Positions 39,183-54,500 are shown, counted from the first letter of the whole stretch. The stretch is DNA of 63,274 bases, filler included, from Choristocarpus tenellus KU-1152 (GCA_964200185.2; 8 parts of 8 records of this genome joined end to end with filler, not necessarily neighbours in it); one strand, 5' to 3'. Notes: generated by a model from the letters alone, not told the origin. Numbers and translations are program-made.

Positions 39183-39868
39183 TGTCTTGGACTTGATTAA
39201 TCCAAAGAAAAAGTACAGGAGTGAATGGTTATGTTGAGAGGAAAAGGAGGTGGACTTGATAGATATACAAAGAGATTAGTCGAGTTCTTGTAGAGGAAGG
39301 AAAGGTTCTCTCTCTTTAGGTGTCACTGTTCTACTAATGTAATAGTGTTAGGACAGGAAGGAGAGCTGGAAATTGCCGTTTATGTGGGGTTAGGTTTAGG
39401 GTTAGAGGTGATCACTAGATTAATGTATTAGGTTGAGTAGATGTCAATCGCAGGAGAACAATCGAGTATATCCTTTTGGGGGGGAATCGTACTACTTAAT
39501 ATATAGTGTCCACGTTCCACAAAAGTTATTTATGAGTCGGATTGGGGATTTTATCCACTTTCTGTACTCGCTTACTTGGGTTTGACTCATCGATACCAAT
39601 AGACACAAACAGTAGTAGTTGTTGTAAGCTAGGGTCGAATCAACATGGGATCTGGGACAAACTCCCGTGTCAATTCCGTAACACTATTACACCTATCACT
39701 ACTCTTTGCCTCCATCGCTTCCTTCCACCATGAGCAAATCACCACGGGACTCCTTTGAAATAATCCCCAAACTCAAATTTTCCTGTGAGTAGTGTTTGTC
39801 TAGTACCAATTCCACAATCGTTTGAGGTGAGAGGGTCAGATGGAGAACTCTGATTGGACAGAAGAATT

Positions 39869-40136
39869 GAGTCAAAGTATCTTAGAGAGCAGAGAGAGCC
39901 GCATCCATTTGGGGGCCAAAATCCAATGTTGCGATTTTGATGTAAGTTTGGCCATTGTTTTGCTAGGAAGAGTCAATATCCATGTTCTGGGCACACTTTT
40001 CATAACGTATACATTTTACCTACTCCGAAATATCTTGGAGTAGGAAAATGTCATACAAAAACCCATGGGAAGTCAACGCCCCAACTGGACAAACAGGGCA
40101 AAACTCGTACCCTCTCTTAATAAGATACTTTCACTC
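39869..40136. mobile_element. MITE family A, full-length diverged copy
   Basis: GAGTCAAAGTATCTTAGAG ... TAAGATACTTTCACTC; collinear with 47841-48101. TSD not preserved (AATT/ACTG). Confidence 0.85.
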
Positions 40137-41855
40137 ACTGTTAGCGCCATGGATCTTATAGGTCGCCTACTGCGCATAATGTACATCCTGTTCAGGTACT
40201 TCAGTTCAAGATCTTGAGTTCCTCGCTGCCTCAGTGGATGCTTGGTCATGAAGGGCTGAAGTCGAATTCATGATGTAACAAAACAAGGATCAATCAGAGT
40301 CTACAGTGACTATAAGGACCTCTTCTTTATTTAGTGGGTCTTGGTCTGGCATTCTTTGTCGGTTAGGGATTCCACCAAAAAAGACTGCTGAGACTCTGCC
40401 AAATAATCCAAATTTTAAAAAAAAGAGCAAAAAAGATAATTGGGTACACCAACAGTAGTAGCAGTATTAAATAGCATGACAGACCAAAATCAAAATCCAA
40501 TACCCAACACAATAATAACAACTTACGACCCACACCAATAATTTCACAATCACATGTAAGTACCACCTTGATTGTGGTGTTGTGATATGACACAAACACA
40601 TAAAAATAACAAAATGATAATAGTTGAAAGTACGATTGTTTGAGCTTCAACTTTCCCCCCCCTCCCCCAACACATACAACATTTTACAAATTCTACACTA
40701 AAAAGGGAAGGTTGAGCCCGGTTTGTTTTGGTCCAACTCAGGAAAACCACCACCAGGGATAAGAAAGAGATGCTATGAAGTAAGAAGAGAGTATTGTTTT
40801 TCGTCTTCTCTTTGTCTTTCCTTGACACTTACACAAAGATGACACTTACACAAAGACAAGAAAGACAGAGTCCCTTGTTTTTCCTTTGCTTACCTGCAGG
40901 GGCACTCCTAGTATTGTCTATAGTATTTTAAAACTTTAAAAAGGGAAAGGAGGAGATTGGGTTTCTTGTATGGGTAGGATACCAACAAAATAGAACAAAA
41001 CTGCTAATCTCCCACAAAATCGCCTCAACCCTCAGGTAGTATGAGACCATAACAAATCTCTGTGGCTTGCTTTCAACAAGGCAAAAAAATGACACCCAAG
41101 GCACATAAAGTTGTTGATCGCTTGGGGTGGTTCCTCTAAATCAAATAAAACAAATATTTCATCTAAATCAAACACACCTTCGGCTTTTTCAAGAATGAAA
41201 AAAAAAACATGGATGGAATGCACCACCTTTCCATTTTGTTTGTCACTTGACCACCTGCATGCCCTGACTCCTACTACTGTACATCAATTCTTATATGCAT
41301 CATTCCTCTCAATGTTTCCTTTTCCCAATAAAGAACAAACACACTGACTGGTACTTGGAAGTATTGGCATAGGCAGGAATAGTCAGCACTTGTGCACAAG
41401 TACTCTAGCAGCCCTATTTCCTGAACGAGGTGCTGCAGAGTGAAGAGAGTGGCATTACCTGCATATCCGTTTCATGGTCTAAATCAAGAAAAAGGGACAT
41501 GTTATCGCACTTGAATAATTCTCAACTCTAGAAAGAGTACTTGAGATACAACGTGGTTAATATGAACAATTCACTATTGTGAAAAGAAAATGATAATGTG
41601 ATTTTTTCAAAAAAGTGCCTAGCTCACCGCACAAATTCCAAATGTACTGCGATATCAATACAACTAGGCCATTAGGTGCAAAGAGGCAGACCTCAATTAA
41701 CATGGTAAAAACAAATTGACAAAATTTAATATACCTCACAACTACGACAGTTACACAAGAAAGCTTTCCTCCTCACCATCAAAATCCCAGACCCAAAGAC
41801 TGCTGTATGCCCTACTAGACCCCAAACGCAATCCAATTGTCAATAGATGCCTCTG

Positions 41856-44359
<2,504 letters not shown>

Positions 44360-45094
44360 TCATAATAGAGGGAAAATCATTTTTTATGATTATTGATCAT
44401 GATCCTCAAAGTCCAAAAAGGGGAAGGCAATCAACAAGTATCGATGTTGTACTCTATCATACTAATGCAAAACAACCACAACACTACTAGTCTTACATCG
44501 GACTGGCAGTTAATAGGACTAACTAGGCAGACTGATACCACCACCCAGTCTGTCACCAGTTCCACCAAGGATTAAAATCGCGACAGTCGTGGTCCAGTCC
44601 TGTTGTTGTTGTTGTAGTAGATACTGTACCAATAATGGATACATATTTAAGGTGTTCATGGATCAGTCAGAAATTGGTTAAGACGGTGGGTACTCCTTAA
44701 AATTTGATGGGTTCAAACCCTTCACACACACCCCGTCTTTTCACCGAAATCTGGTTTTCAACTATGATATTCCATATGGTAAGTTATTAGATTGTACACC
44801 ACCTGTATTATTGAATAAAATTACAACCTATCTCTGAGTACACCACAAAAATCGCTGGACCTAGACGAGGACGGAAACATTGGGGCTGGTCCAGCTGAAG
44901 ATTAGAGGGAGGTCACGGACCGACGAGGGGTGGGTATGCTGAACCTAACGTGTGAAGATCGAGACAAGAACCAAGGCAGTAGTAGTAGATTTCCTTACTA
45001 ACGCTCGCGATCGTTCTTTGTGGAATCGGCATGACACGGAGTTAAGGTATTCTGAATTAAAACAATTTGATGGATCAAAGTATCTGGGGGGGGG

Positions 45095-45194
45095 NNNNNN
45101 NNNNNNNNNNNNNNNNNNNNNNNNNNNNNNNNNNNNNNTTAATTAATTAANNNNNNNNNNNNNNNNNNNNNNNNNNNNNNNNNNNNNNNNNNNN
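45095..45194. other. Artificial contig-joining linker
   Basis: 44N-TTAATTAATTAA-44N; preceded by a MITE-B terminus at 45072-45094. Confidence 0.97.
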
Positions 45195-48100
45195 GCTCGG
45201 CGGGGTAGTTACAAGCTGAGGTTGTGCATCCTGGCGGCGTGTTACAGCCTTTTGACGGGTGTGTATCTTGGCGGCGTGTTTAGCCTTTTGACGGAGGTGA
45301 CCTCGGCGAGATTCGATCCAACTAGAGTAGCGTTTGTTGAAACACCAGTAAACCACTGAGCTAGCTGACTATCTGCTCGGTGGCTCAGGGGTTTACTGGT
45401 CTTTCAACATATACTCTTGTGCTGCCTACAGAATGCTGTTCCTAGAACCATCCCCTAAGATAAGCCTTCCATTACTCTGAATGTCAAATTGCGGACTCTA
45501 TCCTCTGGGGGAAACAATATTGGCAGTATGCAGGATCCTAGTACCTGCATGGATGGAATACTGCATCTTTTCGGATTTTCCGCATGCAACATACCTTTAC
45601 CTACTTTATTTAGGTGCGGAAGGCCGGTGCTCTACCCCCCCAGAGAGTAGTACTGTGCCAAAAAGCAGATGAAATGTAGTTCCCACCTCCTGCACCTGTC
45701 TCAAGGAGTATCTGTACAGGCATTCTCGAGCAGACTTTGCGAGGGTGCCACAGTAGAGCAGATCGCCATACTTGACTAGTTCATTGGGCAGTTGACATAG
45801 TGGATATTATCGAGGTGGGTGTGGGGGTCATGCTTCCTATGGCTACAGTGGCTAAGTTCCCTGGAGCTGAAGACTCCAGGGCGCACCTTCAGGGCAACTC
45901 AGGTGCTTTAGAATCGGTCGGGCTACTTGCAAATAGTGGCGGAAACTCAAAGTCCTGCATCGCGGCAAGGTAATGTAAATGGTAATCTGTCAAGGCTACC
46001 ATCGTACGCGACTCAGTCGTTAGGGTAGTACTTTGCTGGTCTTGGGAAAGATATGCGAAGTAACCCTTAGGTACTATGGAGTTGTCGTGGGTATACCTGC
46101 ACCTGCGGCTGATACACTTGAAGCAGTCACGACCGAAAGCGGTGGATGCAAACTCGATGTGCCTTGAGCCACTCGATAGCCTCACCTTTGGAAGAAGATG
46201 GTGAAGGCAAATCCTTGCCCGAACGATGTCGACCTGCATCGCTTGCTCTGTCTGTGGCTAAAGAAGACGTGGATCGGGGCACAGACTGGGTGGCGATTGT
46301 TGTAGGTCGAACGGGTGCGGATGCATTGCTCCTAGAAACGAACGAGGTCCCGTGTTTCCCAGGAATTGAAGCAGGTTGGTTTGTCAACGCAGCGCAGACA
46401 GTGGGCAGGGGGGTTTGGGACAAAACAGGTTGGAGCATCGGTGCGAGGGTCGCCAGCACACTGTTGACCACATCTTGGTGTGGTGGTGGACTCTGGCTTG
46501 GCACCTCTCGTGGCAAGGATGTCCTGCTATGTTGGGGCAGTCCTAGTTCCTGCCTGCCTATCGGGGCTTCAACTGGGGCAGACAAAGGGTCGGACATGCT
46601 TGCAAACATAGCACGAGCATTAGCCATGCTACCTAAAGCAACAGGTGTCTTATCTTTCCACCACGCAGATTTTGTAGTATTTTGATTGGCTGGGACAAAT
46701 GCGTACTGGTCGCTACGCTTGGACAACTCTTCAATTAGATCGTCAAAGATCCGTTTTGCTTTAATTCCCCGCTGTACCATTTCATATCCTAAAGGATTAT
46801 TCTGGGAAATTTCCAGTGGACGAATTTGGTTCCTAATCTCCTTTCGAAATGAAAATGCCATCGACTGTACTTCAATCTGATCTAGAACATTGGGAAGAAG
46901 AATAGAAAGGGCTCGTTCGTATAGATCAATGAGTTGGTCTTCAGCTCTATACCTCAAAAGAAAGTTGTCTTGCAAACATCAGGCATCCGCGAATCTACGG
47001 TGTATGCTCGATAATGTAAGACAAGGCGGTTGGCTGCAGCTTTCCATGATTCCCCTCTCTCGGTCCTTAAAGAACTCATTGCGTTCTTTGCGGCATTTTT
47101 TGACTGACTATACGAAAGAGTGCATTCTCTCACCAGGATACGAACCCGCTCAGTCGCTGTCATGTCTTCCCAAGGAACCCGAAGGAGTTGTCCAGTGACG
47201 CTCGGGACTTCCACTGTAGATACATCACTTAGGAGATCCCTGTGGGGGTCCTAAGAGAGTCAGACAGTAGTTGCTCAAGAAGCTCGATGCGGAAAGGGGT
47301 AAGGGCATCACTACGTGGACGTGATCTATTGCAATAGTGGGCATGGTCTTTAGGTAAGGCCCACAATCCTCCTTGAACCCTCCCTAAAGCCTTGGTAAGA
47401 GCGTCAGCGAAAAAAACGGGATTGTTTGACATGGTTGGGGCAGAGTTATCTGCAGGTACTCCAAGAAAGACAGGGCTGTTGGCAGGGTCTCCGAGTTTCT
47501 TATGAATGCGTTCCATGGTTTTAACACAATCTTGATGATAACGCATGTCAAGATTGCAAGAGGCTCTGTCTCGCTACGACCTATCAGATTGGGACTCATT
47601 CAACTCAGCTCGTGTACGCAACTCATGAATTTCTCTTCGCAACTATGCTTCAACCTCTCTGGACCAACGTACCGTACTCAGGCTATTCCTCCGAGATGGT
47701 CTGGGTGATACAGACCTGTGCGAAGAATAATAATCACTGGTCCAACGGTGACATTACGGTGAACGGATGCGGCCTCTGCATTCTTCTCTGATCCTCCGTC
47801 CGTGTTGACGAGAGCGCCTGTCCCGGGATCTCGACCTGGAGAGTCAAAATATCTTAGAGGGTAGAGCCGTGTCCATTTGGGGTCCAAAATCCAATGTTGC
47901 AATTTTGATGTAATTTTGGCTATTGTGTTTGTTTGGAAATGTCAGTATCCTTGTTCCAGACACTCCTTTTCATAAGGTATATACATTTTACCTACTCCGA
48001 AACATTTTGGAGTAGGTAAAATGTCATTGAAGTCCCTGGGGAAGTCAAGCCCCAAATGGACAAAAAGGGAAAAACTCGTACCCTCTAAGATACTTTCACT

Positions 48101-49164
48101 CTGGAGTGAGATCTGCCACGAATGGAAGACCGAAAACAGTCGTGCTCTCTGCGCCTGCCTCGACATTTAGCGGTGTGGACATGGCTGTGACCAGAATTGC
48201 CTTGGAGGAGTGGTACTGGGCTGGAATCTCTCGGAATCATTGATTCCGTGGAGAATATGTGGGTCTGAGGCGACCTTGACTTCTCGCGAATATTGTGAGC
48301 CGGACATGTCTGCGAACCTGGGAGATAAAGGGCAAGGCGACAACCAAAAGAGAACAGAAATGTGTGAGTAAAGGATTGCAGAATGATTAACTACCTAGGC
48401 AACGTCTCGGCCGGGGTGATCAAAGACCACTCATTTTATGACTATAGGCGAATGATGTGGCGATCAGAGGCCGCTCGTTTTATGGCTATAGAAGGGTAAT
48501 TCCCTCAGAGCCACAGAAGCCCTCACACCCATGAAGACGATGAGGCCAAGGAGGAGGAAATCCAGTTGACGACGAATGAAGACCACAAACCCAAGTGGGA
48601 AAAGAAAGAATCCAGGCAGGCGTAGGAAGCTACAAAGAACCCTAAGTGTTGAGGTGAAAATGGAGTATTCTCTCCAGTTTGAAGAGAGACGGTAGGACCT
48701 CCATGTTACAGGCGCCCCTCAGAACTCACCTTCACAGGATATGCAACTCAAATCCAACGACCTTAAAACGATGCTACGAGGGGGGTCCACAAATGATAAC
48801 CACATACGGTGTCAGTTGATGCTTAGCTCAGTCAATGTCTCACTTTTCGCTTTATCGAAAGAGGTAAGATCAAGAACTGAAGGCTGTGGTGAGCCTTCAG
48901 TCTGTTATTAACTTTCATCCACCACTTTTCTACAGACAAAGAGTTAAATGAAGTCTGCAAACTGCTATGTAGATACTTCAACCATCAATCTTTATTGTGC
49001 AACTTTCAAGAATTGACATCTATTCTGTGAGATTATGCATATTTCTAATCTTACTCTGCATCTTCTATCAATTCAAAGTTCCTCTTGCATGAATTCTTAC
49101 GTATGTATACTGTTCGCGCATTTTGGCACGCAGAAAGAAATGCTCACGCTATTCACCTGTAACA
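45195..49164 (-). mobile_element. 5' half of a decayed LTR retrotransposon (probably Gypsy): LTR 48704-49164, PBS 48690-48703, gag, protease
   Basis: TG...CA LTR homologous to 20071 and 18662; PBS plus strand CGGTAGGACCTCCA; broken gag-like ORFs 47546-46090; protease remnant VQILLETGAGGGNYIS (~45670-45720) and MVLGTAFC (~45430). Confidence 0.8.
47841..48101. mobile_element. MITE family A (261 bp, 23-bp TIRs, 4-bp TSD TGGA), Sola-like
   Basis: TGGA-GAGTCAAAATATCTTAGAGGGTA ... TACCCTCTAAGATACTTTCACTC-TGGA, nested in the LTR element. Confidence 0.9.
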
Positions 49165-49198
49165 CATTCTGGCCCAAAGTATCTGGGGGGGGGGGGTG

Positions 49199-49298
49199 NN
49201 NNNNNNNNNNNNNNNNNNNNNNNNNNNNNNNNNNNNNNNNNNTTAATTAATTAANNNNNNNNNNNNNNNNNNNNNNNNNNNNNNNNNNNNNNNNNNNN
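49199..49298. other. Artificial contig-joining linker
   Basis: 44N-TTAATTAATTAA-44N; preceded by a MITE-B terminus at 49171-49198. Confidence 0.97.
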
Positions 49299-51220
49299 CC
49301 ATGCCCTGAAGGTACATGCATCTTTTGCCAACGGCTGGAGACATACCCAGTGACTGGCAACCTTTCTAACCCGCCCTGCTTGAGCAGATACCTTACGCAC
49401 CTAGCCATACATGATACGATAGCTGTGCCCATGCCCGCATTTGGGGTATTGGGGTCCACTTCGAGTCCCACCATTCCCAGCAAAGCTTGTATGCGTTTGT
49501 GGCCCTTGATTTTTTTTATCCTTTTGCTGGTTATCTTTGTGTTGCTTTGCTCGTTCTCCAGTGGGACTCTGCTCTCCCTTGCCCGTCGTTCCTCCTCCCT
49601 TGAACAGACACTACCAACGAGAAGAATCAACAGTTAATGAGACAGTTAACGAGACAGTTAATGAGAGTGTTCAATGCCTAGACGTGACAGGGTGGAGAAA
49701 AAAAATTCAGGGATTCAAGTTGAGCTTCTGCACTCGATAAGCATGAATACTGATGCAGCAAAGCATCTACATACTGTACAACAAAATTACAGTAATTTCT
49801 GAGCTTTCAAATAAATCACCTACATCTCTTCAAACAACATAGGGATGATACATATGGATATACCTGAGAGCATTTGTCCATTGATGGAAGTGTGTTGGGA
49901 GGGGTAGGCCCTCTAAGAGACAAATCTGCCGAGGGAGGCGCTGCATCAGATCCTCATCCCTGTAGATCACCCACCTTTGACAGTACGGATAAGGAATACA
50001 GTAGAAAACAGATGAAAAATGAACAGAGGGGAGTCGGTATCACTGTCAACAGCCTTCATGGATGTCCACCATATGTGCGGTAACTGCGTGTTCAATCAGG
50101 GCAGGTCATATGTGTGAGTAAGAAGCCTGCCGCTGCAGCATTATCTAGTGAAAACGTCCCGATTCTGTGAAAAAAAATGCATTTAGGTGGATGGCATGGA
50201 ATCGATAACTTGCAATATGAGGGGCAAATTGTACTTATTTTCTCCACAATATATCACCTCCTCCACCTTCGCACAGACATCACATTGTGATAACCGCACA
50301 AAATACAACGAGGAAGGATGTACGTGCCTACAAGTACCTATGTTGCTCAAAGCATACCTAAAGTTTGACTCTCGAGTCACCCCATGTACTTTGTCCGTCT
50401 CGCCAGTGGACACACCAAGCTCTGCCATCCATTGGTGAAGGCTACTTAGGACTTCTGAGAATGGAATTGCCGTTGAACTGGCATTAATACCTTCTGGGAC
50501 TGGTTTGTACAGGCGGCTGGGTTTGATCCAACGATGGAACCGGCCAACCTGTCTCCCTGAGGTGACATCCAAGGCCAGGCACGGGAACTCCACGAGATCT
50601 TCGGTTCCATGGAGATCTATGTAAAATCAGATGATTCATCGATGGGCACGCATGTATGGCCAAAGTTTTCATAGAGTGGGGAACGCGAACATGGAATCTT
50701 GCACAAGTTAGAGCCCGCAACAACCAGAACGAAGTTGCTCAATATCTGTGAGTGTGAAGGTCGCTAACCATATATTCATATACTCACCGACTACGAGAAT
50801 GAAAGCTATTTGACCCCCAACAGGCACAGCTTTTGATTTCGTTTGATCATCCCTATGTAAGCTCTCCTCTTGCCGCAGGTTAGATTGCTGAGGATCATCA
50901 GATCCATTCATGCCCTCTTCATCCCCCCCTCCCAAAGGAGCATCTAACCATGCTCGAACTGCGGTAGCGACTCTGTCGACATCATGCGTCCCCTCCTTAC
51001 AAGAGATTAGATTCGAGGCGCAGTACCCAGCTGCGAATGAAGCGCATACCAACCCTGCCTGGTAGACTTCTCTCCTTGTGGGCTTTTTTTCTTCAGTTCT
51101 AACTTCCTTTTTTCTTTCCCCCGACATAACATTGTTAACTTCAGGAGCTTCGCTTCCCTCAACATGTTCCCCTGATTCTATTAGCACAGTGGGGATGTCT
51201 GTTTCTTGGGATGATGTCAT
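49299..51220 (-). CDS. ERI1/ERI3-like DEDDh 3'-5' exonuclease-fold protein with degenerate active site; 3' truncated
   Basis: In-phase exons 51220-50788, 50616-50358, 49974-49864, 49610-49299: FILVVDLHGTEDLVEFP...FHRWIKP...FSEVL..LHQWM...NFRWVIYRDEDLMQRLPRQ...PTHFHQWTN...LLGMVGL...MARCVRYLLKQG, collinear with the ERI family. Confidence 0.8.
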
Positions 51221-51539
51221 GGGGACAGGCTCACAACGGTTTGTTCTCCAATTGTTGATGCTAAGGTGGTAGAAGTAGAAAGTAGGTGAAACAGTGGTCC
51301 AGCCATTAGTAGTATAGTGAGTAGTATACGATGACCTTCAATACATCACATGTAAAGAAATATGACATTGACATAGAAATATTAATATAATAAAAGGTCG
51401 TATCCACTCTTAATGGCGTCAACTCAACAAAAACGTATCCTCCCCACTCACCAACTAGTTCTCGAGTTGTCTAGTAACCCTACCCCTGTCGTTGTTCTGT
51501 AGCCTAATCTTTTGCGCGTGGCATATTGATCTGTTGCAA

Positions 51540-54500
51540 ATGAAAAAGTTGGTGGCTGTAGTGCAGATGACAGTCGTATTCCTGAACTGGAGAGGAGAGG
51601 CCTTTGTCAGTCCGTGTTTCGGATTCGGTGCGCAATTCTACACTTGCTGGGGTGCTCAATGCCATACCCCCTCCCAGCTAAGATGGATAGATGCAGGCTA
51701 CGGCAGCCGCTCAAGTGCTGGGGATTCAACACGTTTGTCTCAACTTCTTCCCCTGCGAAAGAGAAGTGGGGAAGTTGACGGCGAGCACGATGACGGTGAC
51801 TTCATGAGCACTTTTTTGGTTGCCTGTCTCCTCTACGTTTTTGCTCCTCGCATAAGCTACTCTAATTTTCTGAGAACTTCATATCAGTAGGTATTCCCTC
51901 TGAAATGAGTGAGCTAATTTCTGGCTTCACAGATCAGCCTTCCAACCGCCACTAGGTTCCTAACTTGTCTGTCCTTGCATGCAGTCTGTTCAACAACCTC
52001 TTGGTCGTGCGTCCAGCTAAGTAGCGATTTCCCCCCCTATCTTGTACAAATCAGACCATAATGCCGAAACCGACGGGGATGGGCAGGAGGAAGGGAGGGA
52101 GGGCGTGGTCGGAAATGCCTTCGGGGCTGGAGGAGTTGGCAAGGGAATGGGAAGTGAAGCAGAGGATGTCTTGAAGATGAAGGTTGCTGGGGAGATCCCC
52201 TTGGGAGACGAGAGAATCAAGAATCTTCTCTCCCAACTCTCGGAAAAGAATGTCCAGGTCGGCGGACAGACTGCTACGAATCCCTCAATCCTATATATTC
52301 TGATAAGTACTCATTATGCAGTTCAGTGTTCTTACCACTTATTTTAATGTTATCAGTAGAACCGACTAAGATTCTACCTTGTCCATTGCCCCCGTCTCAA
52401 CGCCATGCATGTCCTTCTGACTTCCTGTATCATACTCTACACCTATGCTTCTGCAGACAGATAAAGTGTGCGAGCGAAACTGGCGTCGAGGTACCTGCTC
52501 ACACGATCTCCTATGCGTGGCGAAGGATACCATACAACATTTGCAGTGGAAGGGGGGCGAATTAGCGTTTGGGACGGACAAAGGCGGCATATTTATTGTC
52601 AGTTTTGATACAGGGTCTGTGATCGAATCATTCAAGGGACATGATGGTGAAGTCACTGGTAAGAGACGGATACATCGACACACGCAGACGTCACAATTTT
52701 TCTTGAATACATGAAATCAATATGCCTGCAGTTTTGCCCATTCATAGTGACCCAGTAGTGGCGCTTTCCCGACAACAAATCTTCTGCCATCTCGACTCAT
52801 AAATGAATACAAAGAGAGGGTGTGTGCATGTAGGGAACTGCTAGGATTGTTATTATTATCCAGATGTGTAATGACATGGTTTGCGGAGGTGACAACTTCT
52901 ACTTGTTTGCAGTGATTTGATGAACCTGAGAGTGCTTGATAATGTGATGTGGAATCATGAACAAAATTCTGTTTGTGTTCTATTGTGGATGAGAAATTAT
53001 AGCAAGGAGGCAACCAAGTGCCCAGTAGTGTTTGGACACAGACAGAGCTGACCGAAGTGAAATTATTGCTACATGGGATAGCAAGTATAGGTGTCTGTTG
53101 ATTGTTTTGTGATCCACAAAGAAATGGCAGGAGTAAAAAGATGCACCAGTGCGACAGCACGGGGAAACCAATGTTACAAGGCTCATTTCTCAAAGACAAC
53201 TATGATGTATTCCCTTTGATTTGGATTTTCATTTTTTGCTTATAAGCCGCCAAATATTTGGGGGCAGTTTTGCTACCTATATTTGAGTCTTGTGCTCCCA
53301 AAAAGCCTGAAAAGAGGTCGTTATTGGCTCTAATTTGTGCCTGCTTTTGACGATACCTCCTCTTCCCCTTCCTCCTTGATACCCATGCTCCTGTGTCATT
53401 CACTAGCGCAGGATCACTTGGGAGCAAAGGCATCCCCCACTCCCAAGAGATTTTTTACACCAACCTACTTCCCTTGACTCATAACTCATGCTGCTGTATC
53501 GATCACTGCAGCAAGATAGCCTCCCCTATCCCCCCAACCCCCAATTGTTGTCCTCTCTCAGCCCTGTTTTTCGACGGGGAGTTCTTGTTGTCTGGGGGGG
53601 CGGACAAGACGGTCAGGGTACAGAGGAGCAACGGCAAGAAGGGGTCCCAGAAGGTCTGTGATTTGTGGGGTTGCCTGGGAGAGATGAGGAAGTGCAGCAA
53701 GTGAGGGATGACTCTGGGCAGATCGTATCGCAATGAGTGCAGCAAACGTACGTGCTTTTCTTTTCACCCTTGGTCTATTGGCACGATTATCTCTATGCTA
53801 TCCAAGGTAGGCTAAGATAGAGCTGTTTTATTTTGTTTTATTTTGATAGTCTCCTTCGAAAAAGCAAAGCCAAGCCTGTCTCCCTTTCTGATCCCAGCGT
53901 ACCTCTCATTCTAGCTTGTTCTCTTCATGCCGGTCCCCAATGTAGCATTGAATAATACCCCACCAGCGGGGATTGTGCTTTTGCATGGGGAAAACACTGT
54001 GACTTGGTGCAAATGTAAGGAGCAATGAGTTGAGGAAGAGATGTATTGAGATCTTCTGAGCTAGACTGTAGGTTACCCTCAATATACTACATGCACACAC
54101 ACACACATACACGTAACTTCGGTGCTATGCAAAACCCTGCACAAAAGCACCAATCCCCCCAGGGTTTTAATTGCCTCCCTTGACAAACTGAAAGTATTGA
54201 GGGTTTCAGTGCTTTTGTATGGCGTTTGGGGCAGCGTCATATGTCCAATTTCGGATCATGCTTCCGATCTCTCCAGACCGGCCTGAAAATGGAAAACCAA
54301 AATTTCTGTTCAAGCACTTCAATGTGCTGCTGTTGTGAGTTTTGACACTCTTGTATTCCTCGTTCCTTACGGCATAGTCTTCCTGCCCTCCCATTGAGCA
54401 AGCAGAAGGAGCTTGGGGGCTGTAGGCATATTCTGCAGGGGCACTCGAGGGAAGTAACTGGGGTGGTACGAATGGACAAGGATCGGGTTGTGAGCTCGTC

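Noticed and set aside
44647-44700. TTAAGG...CCTTAA mini inverted repeat as a Crypton-like element
   Set aside because: Only 9/11 arm match, no recombinase nearby and no second clear copy; compatible with chance.
46146-46685. 179-aa plus-strand ORF
   Set aside because: Antisense shadow of the gag-like ORF.
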